Below are positions 31,517 through 41,330 of a stretch of DNA of 64,000 bases, piece after piece. Below the pieces are notes generated by a model that saw only the letters and a program-made list of their open reading frames with translations, ran no database searches and was not told where the DNA came from. The DNA comes from Longimicrobiales bacterium (GTDB lineage: Bacteria > Gemmatimonadota > Gemmatimonadetes > Longimicrobiales > Gaopeijiaceae): the NCBI GenBank assembly GCA_965226375.1, contig CBDDCX010000008.1:1024001-1088000 (forward strand). Direction: 5' to 3'. Each line of letters starts with the position of its first letter. Positions within the stretch are counted from its first letter, which is position 1. The position numbers were made by a program, and so were the translations under genes.

Positions 31517-32301
31517 CAGTTGGTCACTCCTCCGCGCAGTCCGGCGAGGTATGCAACGACGTCGCTGAGATCTTCTTCGCTGAGGACCCCGCGGAACGAG
31601 GGCATCCTAGAGTTCTTGCCCCGCTCGAACGCCTCCAACTCACTCTTGGCGAAGGCATGAAGGCCGTCGTTGACGTCGAGCAGGCGCACCGTAAACTGAT
31701 CCTCATCGACCAGGATACCGCCAATTTGCTCGCCGCCTAAGGTTGTCACCTTGGCTGTCCACCACCGGGGGTCGACGTCGGCGTTCGGGTCGAGCACGGC
31801 GGTCCTTAGGTAGTCCGGCGCTCGATGCCAGCCGACCCAGCTGAGGTCCGGTCCCTGTCGACTCCCCTCACCGTTCACAGTGTGGCACGTGCTGCACGTC
31901 GCAGAGCCAAAAAACAGCGCACGGCCCTTCTGGGCGTCGCCCTGGACGGGACCATGACTGCCGCTCAAGGACCGGATGAACGCCACCAACTGCCCTGCCT
32001 TTCGATCGCTCAGGCCTGTCCAGGGCATGCCCGTTCCGCGAATGCCTCCCTGCACGACATCAAAGAGTTGCTCGTCGCTGGTCGCGTGGCGGAAGAAGCC
32101 GCGCGTCAGGTCCGGCCCCCGGCCGCCTGTGGCGTCTCCGCCGTGACAGAGGGCGCAATTCTTCAGGAAGACCCGCTCCCCCTCTGCGATCTCGGCACTG
32201 GTCGGGTTTTCGAGAACCTGGCTCATCACCGGAGGCGCGGTGAGGAGAAGGGGCACCAAAACCCCTGAGATGGCAGCGACACCATACCGGAACCAAGACA
32301 T
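31516..32301 (-). CDS. Diheme c-type cytochrome
   Basis: CALCH and CSTCH; GPDL motifs; signal peptide; stop overlaps the PQQ gene start. Confidence 0.9.
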   Translation of the reverse strand: MSWFRYGVAAISGVLVPLLLTAPPVMSQVLENPTSAEIAEGERVFLKNCALCHGGDATGGRGPDLTRGFFRHATSDEQLFDVVQGGIRGTGMPWTGLSDRKAGQLVAFIRSLSGSHGPVQGDAQKGRALFFGSATCSTCHTVNGEGSRQGPDLSWVGWHRAPDYLRTAVLDPNADVDPRWWTAKVTTLGGEQIGGILVDEDQFTVRLLDVNDGLHAFAKSELEAFERGKNSRMPSFRGVLSEEDLSDVVAYLAGLRGGVTN

Positions 32302-32450
32302 CTCGATTTCCCCGTTTCAAAGATGGAACTCGGATCTATGTCATGTGGGCGGCCTCGGGAGGTCGCCAACCTGTATGTGTCGCGAAGAGGGGGTGCGTTC
32401 GAGTCGGGCAAGATAGGATGCTGTGCGCCGCACCGCGAATAAACTGTGGA

Positions 32451-33437
32451 TCAGAACCGCGTGACCACCAGACGAAACCCGAGAAATGGGCGGCGAGCGC
32501 CCGGATCCACTCCGCCACGAGCGGCCGCTCGTACGTTCCTCACTGGATCTCCGAACGAGCCGCCTCGCATGACCCAGAGGGCGTCTGCCCCCAGGTCACC
32601 ACGGTGCGTCGGGTCGTAGGGGTAAGGCCGATAAGGGCTACGGGTCAGCTCCCACACGTTGCCGCTCATGTCGGACAGCCCGAACGCACATGTCGAACAG
32701 TCGGACGCTCCCACCGGATGGGTACCCACATCACCGAAGTCCACACGGTTCGCCTCCGGCTCGTTTCCCCAAGGGTAGATGCGGCCGTCCGTTCCGCGAG
32801 CAGCCTTCTCCCACTCGGCCTCGGTGGGCAAGGTGATACGCCATCCGTCACTCAGTAGCTCGGTCAGCCATACCGGACTTCTGGGAAATTCTCGCAGCAC
32901 TCCCTCTAGCCACCGGGAGTAGGCGAGCGCATCCGTCCAGGAAACGGCCACCACCGGATGATCGGGACGGCCCCGAAGTGCTTCACTGTCCACCCCACGT
33001 CCGGTCGCCGCGACGAACGCCCTGAACTGAGCGACGGTGACCTCGTATCGGGCGATCCAGAAGAGGGGAAGATCGACGGTTCCCTGTGCCTGGGTGGGGG
33101 ACCACCGTTCGTTGTCGTAGGCCAGATCGTCCAAGGCCGGATCGCTCCCCATCAGGAACGATCCCGCTGGAATTTCCACGAACCCGAGGTTGTCGTCCGG
33201 AAGGTACCAGACATCCGAGCGAAATCCGGCCAGGTCGGTGCCGCCGCCGGTACCTGTGAGCGCCCGGTCCGCCCCCACCTCGGGCTCTGCGCCGCCCGCG
33301 GGCGGATATGCGATCCACACCACGGTCACCACGGTCAATGTGAGGAGGGCGGCCAGACCTCCAAGCCACGTCGCCCCCTCGGCCGGCCCGCCTCGGGTCG
33401 ATGGATGATCAGCGTCCGACACGGCCGGTCCTATCAA
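32451..33437 (-). CDS. FGE-sulfatase (SUMF1/EgtB/PvdO-like) domain membrane-anchored protein
   Basis: YEVTVAQF, PVVAVSW.DA, LPTEAEWEKAARG, MSGNVWE, RGGS, GFR. Confidence 0.88.
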   Translation of the reverse strand: MIGPAVSDADHPSTRGGPAEGATWLGGLAALLTLTVVTVVWIAYPPAGGAEPEVGADRALTGTGGGTDLAGFRSDVWYLPDDNLGFVEIPAGSFLMGSDPALDDLAYDNERWSPTQAQGTVDLPLFWIARYEVTVAQFRAFVAATGRGVDSEALRGRPDHPVVAVSWTDALAYSRWLEGVLREFPRSPVWLTELLSDGWRITLPTEAEWEKAARGTDGRIYPWGNEPEANRVDFGDVGTHPVGASDCSTCAFGLSDMSGNVWELTRSPYRPYPYDPTHRGDLGADALWVMRGGSFGDPVRNVRAAARGGVDPGARRPFLGFRLVVTRF

Positions 33438-33446
33438 GACGATGAT

Positions 33447-35096
33447 TCACGCCGACTTCCGGCCGTTCATTGGGATCGAAAGGGAGAGCCGCTCGCAGGC
33501 GAATGTCCACTGGTGATCGCAGGCCCGGGCATACAGGTCTCTCTCCGGCATGTCAATCAGGTTCAGTCCCCCTTCACGCAAGAGCAGCCTCAAGTCCAGA
33601 GTTCGGGGGACCGCCCGGTCGGGGGTCTCCGGATCCAACAGATTGAGGCAACCCGCCTGGAACCGGGCGTCGCACGCCCTGGTGAAATACGCCCGGGCAA
33701 GCTCCGGGTCGAAATCGGTGATCTCCCCTCGCGAGTAGTGCCTGCCGAGTTCGTTGCACGCCCATCCGGAGTTGTCGCCGCAATATGTCGATTCGACCTG
33801 AAGAAGCCGTTCGCACGCCGTACGGCGGTCCTCCAAGCAGGCCTGCTGCCAGAATGGGACACTGTCTCCCGGATGCCTTCCGTCCGTCTTTCCCAGGACC
33901 GCCATTGCGGCGAAGAACACGATCCAGGCGACCATGTGGGCCGGATTGGTCCGGAGCAGTAACCCATGCGAACGCCAACGACCCCATGCCGGACTCGCCT
34001 GAATCGATCGGACCAGGGCGTCGATTCCTTGAACGCTCAGGTTGAGAAGGGGCACGCACAGGAGTTTGTCGTAGAATGTTGGAGCTCCAGAGGCTCCGAG
34101 TAGCGCGTAGAGAGCGAACACCCCAACTCCATACAAAGCACCGAATAAGGTCTTACCGAGTGATGTTTTAGGTGAGGTGGACGGATCGGTCACGAGAAGG
34201 TGGAGACCGAGAAAAACCGCAGCGGGAATCTCGGAATCGAGAAAATAGGGGACCCCCGTCAGCGCCGAGTATAGGGCACTCAGCCCGAACAGTACGGCCG
34301 CGGCGGAGCCGGCGATGAGCGTGATCGAGAAGAAGTACATGACGATCAGGCCCATCAGGAACAGGAAGAGGTAGATCCACGGCGCGAGGGTCAGGGTCGA
34401 AGCGATGTCCTGGCCCCAGGTCAGTCGGGTGGTATCGGTGGCGATCAACGCGAGCGAGAAGAGCCCCAGTGAGAAGGCGGAGGGGTTAAAGACGTGCACC
34501 TTCCGGCCCTCACGCTTCCACCGCACGAATTCCTTGCCGAGGAAACCGACCGCGATCATCAAGAACTGCAGGTAGAACCAGTCGTCCCTGAACCACAGGA
34601 AGAGGTTGATGCTGAAAATAATCGGGAAGGGGCCGAAGCCGAGGACGTAGTTCTCCCTCCGGGTCCAGGCCAGTAGTACGTCGAATGTGTAGGCGAAGGT
34701 GAGCTGCGCCACCAGCAGCCAGGCGAAATCGTATACGGGCCGCCAGAACCAACCCCAGTACACGAAGACGGCAACCTGTATCAGAGCCTGCAGCCAATGC
34801 TGCGGTCGTATGCGCACGGAAAGGGATCGGCTCGACGTACCCTTCACCTGAAAGAAGAGCGCGAGCTGCCAAATGAAGAGCACGGCGGCCGCCCCCCAGA
34901 ACGACCGGATGAGCACCGGGTTGACCTGTACCCGAGGTAGAAACGAGATTCCGAACAGGCCGACAGTGAGCGCCGCTGGCAGCATGAACGCGTGCAGCCC
35001 CGACGTTGTGGGCGTTTCGTAAGAGGTGCCGTCCGCACCTCGAGATGCCTTTGGTCGGCCCGCTTTGGAAGCGCGACCTTGTCGTGCAGCTAACAT
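33447..35096 (-). CDS. RnfD/NqrB/UnbU-like membrane protein with C-terminal Cys-rich Sel1-like repeats
   Basis: Many TM helices, HVFNPSAF, LVTDPSTSPKT; ACNELG..Y..G and RACD...GC repeats. Confidence 0.65.
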   Translation of the reverse strand: MLAARQGRASKAGRPKASRGADGTSYETPTTSGLHAFMLPAALTVGLFGISFLPRVQVNPVLIRSFWGAAAVLFIWQLALFFQVKGTSSRSLSVRIRPQHWLQALIQVAVFVYWGWFWRPVYDFAWLLVAQLTFAYTFDVLLAWTRRENYVLGFGPFPIIFSINLFLWFRDDWFYLQFLMIAVGFLGKEFVRWKREGRKVHVFNPSAFSLGLFSLALIATDTTRLTWGQDIASTLTLAPWIYLFLFLMGLIVMYFFSITLIAGSAAAVLFGLSALYSALTGVPYFLDSEIPAAVFLGLHLLVTDPSTSPKTSLGKTLFGALYGVGVFALYALLGASGAPTFYDKLLCVPLLNLSVQGIDALVRSIQASPAWGRWRSHGLLLRTNPAHMVAWIVFFAAMAVLGKTDGRHPGDSVPFWQQACLEDRRTACERLLQVESTYCGDNSGWACNELGRHYSRGEITDFDPELARAYFTRACDARFQAGCLNLLDPETPDRAVPRTLDLRLLLREGGLNLIDMPERDLYARACDHQWTFACERLSLSIPMNGRKSA

Positions 35097-35356
35097 GAGT
35101 CCTTTCCGGAGACGTGCTTGCTTCTACAGCCTGCGCACGTCTCGTGCAACCCGACCCGACGATATTAGGTAAGGGACGTGGAAGCCTGGTCTCGGGCTGA
35201 GTGTTGAAAGCCGAGGTGTTTCGGATGAGTTTACTACTCGGGACGTCGCCTAGCTCGGGAGGCGCTGGAGTGTACGTCCGGGATGCATAGTGACGAGTGG
35301 CCTGCCACAAACGACACTCCCACGTCAAACATGTTTTTTGGAGAGAAGACGCCCCG

Positions 35357-37555
35357 ATGCTCACACGGCTGCTACTGATCACCATCATCTCGGGCCCGGC
35401 CATGTCTCTCGGCCCGAAGGGCCTCGTAGCGCAGGCGCAAGAGACTGCGACCTCCCGACCCTCGGACTGCGGCGGTCCTTGTATGACGGTCCGGGCGGTA
35501 CGCATCGCTAACGCTCCTACCATCGACGGGGCGATCGACGAGCCTATGTGGCAGCAGATCGAGCCCATCTCTGATTTTCGCCAGCGTGAGCCCGTGGATG
35601 GCGGTGAGCCCTCCGAGCGCACGGAAGTACGGATCGCCTACGATGACGACAACCTCTACTTCGGCCTGAAGCTTTTCGACTCAGAGCCGGACAAGATCAT
35701 CGCTACGGTTCTCGAGAGGGAAGGGAAGGTCCCGTTCGATGACCGGGTCGCCATCGGCCTCGACACGTTCAACGACGACCGCAACGGCTACATGTTCGGG
35801 ATGAACGTGTTCGGGACCCAGGAGGACGGGCAGTTCACCGACGAAGAGATCAACCACGGTGAGGACTGGAAATGGGAGGGTGTCTACCGGAGTGAGGGGC
35901 GGGTCACCGAAGACGGCTGGGAGCTCGAGGTGGCGATTCCGTTCACGACCATCCGTTTTCCGGCGAGCGACCCTCTGGTCATGGGAATGGTGCTCTACCG
36001 GTCGATCCGCCGGAAGAATGAAGAAGTGCTCTGGCCGCACATTCCGCAACGCTATCGTGCAGGATTCTATCAGGCCTCTCAGTGGGCCAATCTGGAAGGT
36101 TTGGAGGATATTCAGCGGGGTCGCAACCTCGAGGTGAAGCCCTTCGCCATCGCCGGTGCTCAGAAGTTCGCCGAGGAGCCGGAGGCCGATGTACTCAGGG
36201 ACCTTGGAGTAGATGTGAAGTACTCCTTGACCTCGAACCTCACGCTCGATCTCACCTGGAATACGGATTTTGCCCAGGTCGAGGCGGACAACGCCCAGGT
36301 CAACCTCACTCGCTTCAGCCTCTTTTTTCCTGAAAAGAGAGAATTTTTTCTGGAGAGAGCGGGGGAGTTCACGTTCGGTGAGCCCCGCTCCACGGAGGCA
36401 TTTTTCAGCCGCAGGATCGGTATCGATAACGACATCATGGGCGGAGGGCGGCTGACGGGTCAGGTGGGACCGTTCTCCATCGGGTTCCTCAGCCTGCAGA
36501 CCCGTGATGGGGAAGATACTCCGGGTGCGAACAACGCGGTCGCTCGGATCCGGGTAAATGTTCTTCCACGAACCACTGTGGGAGGGATTTTCACCAACCT
36601 CCAGAATAGTGTCGGCCATAACCGCGTAGCGGGTGGGGATCTGGCGGTCCGCTTCTGGAATAGCAGCTTTCTCACCGCGTGGGGCGCCAATGTATGGGAC
36701 TCCGATCCCCTCCCCGGGAGCGCGTTCGCGGGAAGCGTGGACTTCGCTCTGGCCAACGACCTTTGGCAGGTCGGGGCGGGCTATCTCGACATCGGAGAAG
36801 GCTACCTGCCGGAGCTCGGGCTGGTTCGGCGAGGAGATCAGGTACGTCGTAAGGCCGACGCGGGCCTGACGCCGCGCTTCGAGGGAAGCACGTGGGCGCG
36901 TCAGTTGTTTCTTACCGGTTCAGCTATGCAGATCGACGGACAAGACGGAAACGAGCAGTCCGCCGAGATCAGAATCGCGACCAGGCTACGTTTTCAGTCG
37001 ACGGACGACCTGACCATCAACGCCACGCGAGAGACGGAGGTGTTGGACGAGCCCTTCTTTATACGGCCCGACGTCGAGATTCCGATCGGCCGATACGAAT
37101 TCGATCGCATCGGCCTCAATCTGCGAACCAACTTCAGCCGTCCGCTCTCCGGGGCTCTCAACCTCTCGACGGGTGACTTCTACAGCGGCGACCGGACGCA
37201 GTTGGGAGGGTCGGTCCAATGGACCACCGGACCGCATCTCACCCTGATCGGGAGCGTGGACCGAAACCGAATTTCGCTTCCCCTGGAGAATGGGGATTTT
37301 ACGACCACGGTGCTGGGCCTCACCGTGAAGGCTGCCGTGAACCGAAAGCTATTCGCGAACGCCCTCATCCAGTACGACGACGTGTCGGAGACGGTTCAGG
37401 CGAACATCCGGGTCGACTGGATCCACACGCCCGGGAGTGACCTCTTTCTGGTGCTCGATACGGGCTACCTGACCGGCGCTCTTTTGGATCCGTACGAGAC
37501 CAGGTGGGCCAGGCGCACGGGAGTGGTGAAGCTCACCTACCTCAAGGCGCTCTGA
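35357..37555 (+). CDS. CBM9-like/DUF5916 outer-membrane protein
   Basis: PTIDG.IDEP.W, LDTFND.RNG, EVAIPF.TIRF, NTDFAQVEAD, RFSLFFPEKREFFLE, VKLTYL. Confidence 0.88.
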   Translation: MLTRLLLITIISGPAMSLGPKGLVAQAQETATSRPSDCGGPCMTVRAVRIANAPTIDGAIDEPMWQQIEPISDFRQREPVDGGEPSERTEVRIAYDDDNLYFGLKLFDSEPDKIIATVLEREGKVPFDDRVAIGLDTFNDDRNGYMFGMNVFGTQEDGQFTDEEINHGEDWKWEGVYRSEGRVTEDGWELEVAIPFTTIRFPASDPLVMGMVLYRSIRRKNEEVLWPHIPQRYRAGFYQASQWANLEGLEDIQRGRNLEVKPFAIAGAQKFAEEPEADVLRDLGVDVKYSLTSNLTLDLTWNTDFAQVEADNAQVNLTRFSLFFPEKREFFLERAGEFTFGEPRSTEAFFSRRIGIDNDIMGGGRLTGQVGPFSIGFLSLQTRDGEDTPGANNAVARIRVNVLPRTTVGGIFTNLQNSVGHNRVAGGDLAVRFWNSSFLTAWGANVWDSDPLPGSAFAGSVDFALANDLWQVGAGYLDIGEGYLPELGLVRRGDQVRRKADAGLTPRFEGSTWARQLFLTGSAMQIDGQDGNEQSAEIRIATRLRFQSTDDLTINATRETEVLDEPFFIRPDVEIPIGRYEFDRIGLNLRTNFSRPLSGALNLSTGDFYSGDRTQLGGSVQWTTGPHLTLIGSVDRNRISLPLENGDFTTTVLGLTVKAAVNRKLFANALIQYDDVSETVQANIRVDWIHTPGSDLFLVLDTGYLTGALLDPYETRWARRTGVVKLTYLKAL

Positions 37556-37710
37556 GGGAGCAAGGCCGCGATCGAGCCTGCTTTCATGATCTCTCTCTAC
37601 TCGGGTCGACTGGGCCAACCGGGGTCGGCCCTCCCGCTCGCGCCTTCCCTGACGGTGTCATAACCTACAACCCCCGCCACAGATCCGCGGCCCCCGAATC
37701 AGGAAAACAG

Positions 37711-38769
37711 ATGCGCGTTACGAACGTGGTCCATGCCGTCGATACTCACGCGTGTGGTGAGCCGGGTAGGGTGATCGTCGGGGGTGTTCTCGACGTACCC
37801 GGGGCGACCATGTTCGAGAAAATGTTGTACCTCAAGAACGAGGCCGATGACTTGCGGCTCCGTATGCTGAGGGAGCCCCGAGGTTACCCCGCCGCCAACT
37901 GCAACCTGATCCTGCCTCCGACTCGTCCGGAAGCCGACGCCGGCTACGTGATCATGGAACAGGTAGAATACCCGGGCATGTCTGGTACCAACACGATTGC
38001 GGTGACTACGGTACTGATCGAGACCGGCATGGTGGCGGTCCAAGAGCCGGTCACCCAACTCGTGCTCGAATCACCGGCCGGGCTTATCGGGGTGCACGCC
38101 GAGGTGCACAACGGCAAGGTCCGGTCGGTCACGTTCGAAAACGTGCCGGCGTTCGCCGTACATCTCGATGCCACGGTAGAGGTCCCGGAGCTCGGCAGCG
38201 TAACTGTGGACGTGGCCTACGGTGGCATGTTTTACGTCATTGCCGATGCGGAGCCCTTGGGGCTTGCGTTGACCCCGGACGAGGCCGGCGATGCGGTAAG
38301 GGTCGGCGAGATGATCAAGGCCGCCACCCAGGAGCAGATCGACTGTGTCCACCCGGACAACCCCGAGATTCGGGGGGTGACCATCGCCCAACTGTCGGCC
38401 CCGGCCATCGGTCCGGATGCCGACCGAAGGAACACGGTGATCGTCTCCACGGGCAGCCTCGATTGGAATCGACCCTCCACCTGGAAGGGCGTTCTCGACC
38501 GTTCGCCCTGCGGCACGGGCACGTGTGCCAAGATGGCTGCGTTACACGCGAAAGGTCAGCTTCCGCTCGATCAGGATTTCCGACACGAGGGCATTCTCGG
38601 CACTATCTTCACGGGCCGTCTGCTCTCGGAGACCACCGTCGGGGAGTACCGTGCCGTGGTTCCGACCCTGACCGGGACCGCGTGGATCACCGGCTTTGCG
38701 CAGTACGTGGTGGATCCGGACGACCCGTTTCCTAACGGCTTCACCGTCGGGGATATCTGGAGCTCCTAG
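37711..38769 (+). CDS. Proline racemase superfamily protein
   Basis: DTHACGEP.R, REPRG, MSGTN, DVAYGGMFY, DRSPCGTGT, DPFP.GF. Confidence 0.9.
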   Translation: MRVTNVVHAVDTHACGEPGRVIVGGVLDVPGATMFEKMLYLKNEADDLRLRMLREPRGYPAANCNLILPPTRPEADAGYVIMEQVEYPGMSGTNTIAVTTVLIETGMVAVQEPVTQLVLESPAGLIGVHAEVHNGKVRSVTFENVPAFAVHLDATVEVPELGSVTVDVAYGGMFYVIADAEPLGLALTPDEAGDAVRVGEMIKAATQEQIDCVHPDNPEIRGVTIAQLSAPAIGPDADRRNTVIVSTGSLDWNRPSTWKGVLDRSPCGTGTCAKMAALHAKGQLPLDQDFRHEGILGTIFTGRLLSETTVGEYRAVVPTLTGTAWITGFAQYVVDPDDPFPNGFTVGDIWSS

Positions 38770-38812
38770 CGGACTGACAGAGACTGGCCGCGCCACGTAG
38801 GGTCGCTTCCCG

Positions 38813-39574
38813 TCAGAGAATCGTGTTGACCAGGATCGCTCCTTGCCCATTTCCGGCGCCCCAGCGCGCAACCGCTTCGGCAGGGCCGAAGAACCGAATC
38901 GTCTCGACGTTGCGTGCGTTGATCTCCATCAGGGTCGCTGGACCGCCGAGTCGATGCCCATCCAGGTACACCTTCATTTCATCCACCGCAATCGGCTCAC
39001 AGACGGGATTGTCCGCCGTGCAGGTGACGTCGGCTATCAGAGCTCGCCTTCGGCTCGAGAGCCAATTCGGTCGCAGAAGTCGGACTACCTCATAGGCGGT
39101 ATTCGCTGCGGCTTCGGCGACCTCTCGAGCCGTGATGATGGTCCGGGGATTGGAACCGAGCGTGGGTTGTGGCGCGGTACCCCGACCGAAGAACGGAAAC
39201 GAGAAACCCGCCGCGAGACCGATGGATCCTCCCACGACCGCCCAATCCTGTCGATGCTGGCTGATCTCCCCTTCCTCCCAATCGCCACTGGCAATCTGTG
39301 AAGCGAAGTAGCCGATACTGGCACCCAAGGCAGCCCCTCCGAGTGCATTCCAGATGCGCGATCGCCATGAAGGGCCACCCGTCGAAACCTGATCCGACGG
39401 TGAAAGGGGGAGAAGCTGACGCGCCATCGGCGTGTCAGTAGCCACCGACGCTTGAGCGGAGATCTCCCGGACGGCGACACCCGCAAACAGAATCGATGCG
39501 AGCAAGAGGCCGGACGAAAGGCGCGCCGCGGCGACCCGATGCGGGCATGTTAGGGGCGCAGGGGTTGTTCGCAC
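38813..39574 (-). CDS. Secreted glycine-zipper + TonB-plug-like domain protein (no barrel)
   Basis: Signal ISA-Q; ALGGAALG; IITAREV...AYEVVRLLRPNWL...VYLDG...GAILVNT; start approximate. Confidence 0.65.
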   Translation of the reverse strand: MRTTPAPLTCPHRVAAARLSSGLLLASILFAGVAVREISAQASVATDTPMARQLLPLSPSDQVSTGGPSWRSRIWNALGGAALGASIGYFASQIASGDWEEGEISQHRQDWAVVGGSIGLAAGFSFPFFGRGTAPQPTLGSNPRTIITAREVAEAAANTAYEVVRLLRPNWLSSRRRALIADVTCTADNPVCEPIAVDEMKVYLDGHRLGGPATLMEINARNVETIRFFGPAEAVARWGAGNGQGAILVNTIL

Positions 39575-39954
39575 TCTAGTGTCCTGTCCCGTTGCCAGAC
39601 GGGGATCGGAGCGGTTCGTCAGGGCCCATAAACTGCGGCACTTCACATCCGCCGACCGCCAGCACGACGGACAAAGTGAGAAAAATCAGCCGGTCACGCG
39701 GTCCTCTGCCGCGCCGTGTCAGGGCCACAGGCCAGGAATTGGCTGAAGGCGACGTATTGGGCATCGACGGGCTCCTTGAGGGCGTGTTTCCAATATATCT
39801 CGGCCCGGCGTCACGATCACCTTCTTACCACGGTCAGGGAGAGGCGCTCACTACCGGGTTTCGCCGCTCGGGACCTTGCCTGACCTGTTGCGGTGACCTT
39901 TCTTGGCCCGAACCATGGTCGCTTCACATTCCGGGTTCTCAGGGGGTAGGATCG

Positions 39955-41289
39955 ATGCTCGAGGCCAAGTCCGGCATCATGAGCGAGCAGGCGGTGGAGT
40001 ACCTCGAGGCAGTCGCACAGAAGACCTCCGCCATGTCGCCCGCTTCGCTCGCAACCCAAATCACGTCCCTGACCACCCGGCACGATGAGTGGCGAGCCAC
40101 CGAGTGCCTGAATCTCAATCCGGCTGAAACCCTCATTTCGAGAAGTGCGCGTCGCCTACTCGATTCGGACCTGGCCACTCGCGTCACCGAAGGATATCCG
40201 GGAGACAAGTATTACCCCCACGGACGACAGAACGACTTCATCGATGAAATCGAAGGCGTCCTGATAACAACGGCCAATGATCTCTTTCAGGCGGACTACG
40301 TGGAGTGGAGGCCGGTTAGCACGTCCATGGCCAACGCCACCGTCTACTTCGCTCTCCTGGAGCAGGGTGACGTCATCGTCGCCCACGATGCGGATCACGG
40401 CGGAAACGACAGCTACAACATGGAGGGACCGCCCCACCTGGCTCGCCTGCGAGTTAGCGCGCTCCCACAGTTGGACAGCTTCAAGATCGACGTGGACGCA
40501 CTGAGGGAAGTCGCTCTGGCCCAACGTCCAAGGCTCATCGTAGTGGGAGCGAGCAACGTCCTCTTCCCGTACCCACTGGAGGCGATTCGGGAGATCGCGG
40601 ACTCGATCGGTGCCTTGGTTCTCTACGATGCGGCCCACCTCGGACTCCTGGTTGCGACCAAAGAGTTCCAGGATCCGCTTCGCGAAGGGGCGCACATCGT
40701 GACGGTGAGCACGCACAAGAACCTGTGCGGGCCGGTCGGCGGGATGATCCTGACGAACGAGGCGGAATTGGCCGAAAAAATGATGGCCCTTCAGTACCCG
40801 ACCTTCGTACAGACTCGGGACATGAACAAATACGCGGCGGCCGCGGTCGCCTTCCTGGAAATGAAGGTGTTCGGTGCCGAGTACGGCCGCCAGATGATCT
40901 CCAACGCCCAGGCCTTGGGAGAGGCACTGAGTGACGAGGGATTCGCCCTCCACGGCTCGGACGAGGGCTACACCCGCACGCATCAGCTCATGGTGGACCT
41001 TCGCGAGGCAGACCCGGCTTCGTTCGAACACCGTCTGTTGGAGAGCAATATCCTGCTGACGCTGACCCACGTGCTAGGCGATGAAACCCGAGGCTTTCGC
41101 ACCGCATCACGTATCGCTACGCACGAGGTCACGCGTCAGGGGATGAAGGAATCGGACATGAAGCAGGTGGCCCACCTGATGCGGATAGCCAGCGATGGAG
41201 CTCCGTCACAACAGGTTCGGGATGAGATCAAAGGCCTGCTGACGTCGTTTCAGGTGCTGCACTACAGCTTCGACGGGACCGGCCTCTAG
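39955..41289 (+). CDS. Serine hydroxymethyltransferase-like PLP enzyme (divergent paralogue)
   Basis: LNLNPAE, EGYPG.KY, YDAAH, VSTHKNL.GP.GG, THQLMVD. Confidence 0.8.
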   Translation: MLEAKSGIMSEQAVEYLEAVAQKTSAMSPASLATQITSLTTRHDEWRATECLNLNPAETLISRSARRLLDSDLATRVTEGYPGDKYYPHGRQNDFIDEIEGVLITTANDLFQADYVEWRPVSTSMANATVYFALLEQGDVIVAHDADHGGNDSYNMEGPPHLARLRVSALPQLDSFKIDVDALREVALAQRPRLIVVGASNVLFPYPLEAIREIADSIGALVLYDAAHLGLLVATKEFQDPLREGAHIVTVSTHKNLCGPVGGMILTNEAELAEKMMALQYPTFVQTRDMNKYAAAAVAFLEMKVFGAEYGRQMISNAQALGEALSDEGFALHGSDEGYTRTHQLMVDLREADPASFEHRLLESNILLTLTHVLGDETRGFRTASRIATHEVTRQGMKESDMKQVAHLMRIASDGAPSQQVRDEIKGLLTSFQVLHYSFDGTGL

Positions 41290-41330
41290 TGACAGGGCAC
41301 TAGGCCTCCGAACACCATAAGGAGCACACT

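Noticed and set aside
39780..39950. Glycine or THF riboswitch upstream of the SHMT-like gene
   Set aside because: Could not find the conserved aptamer motifs by eye; an Rfam scan is needed.
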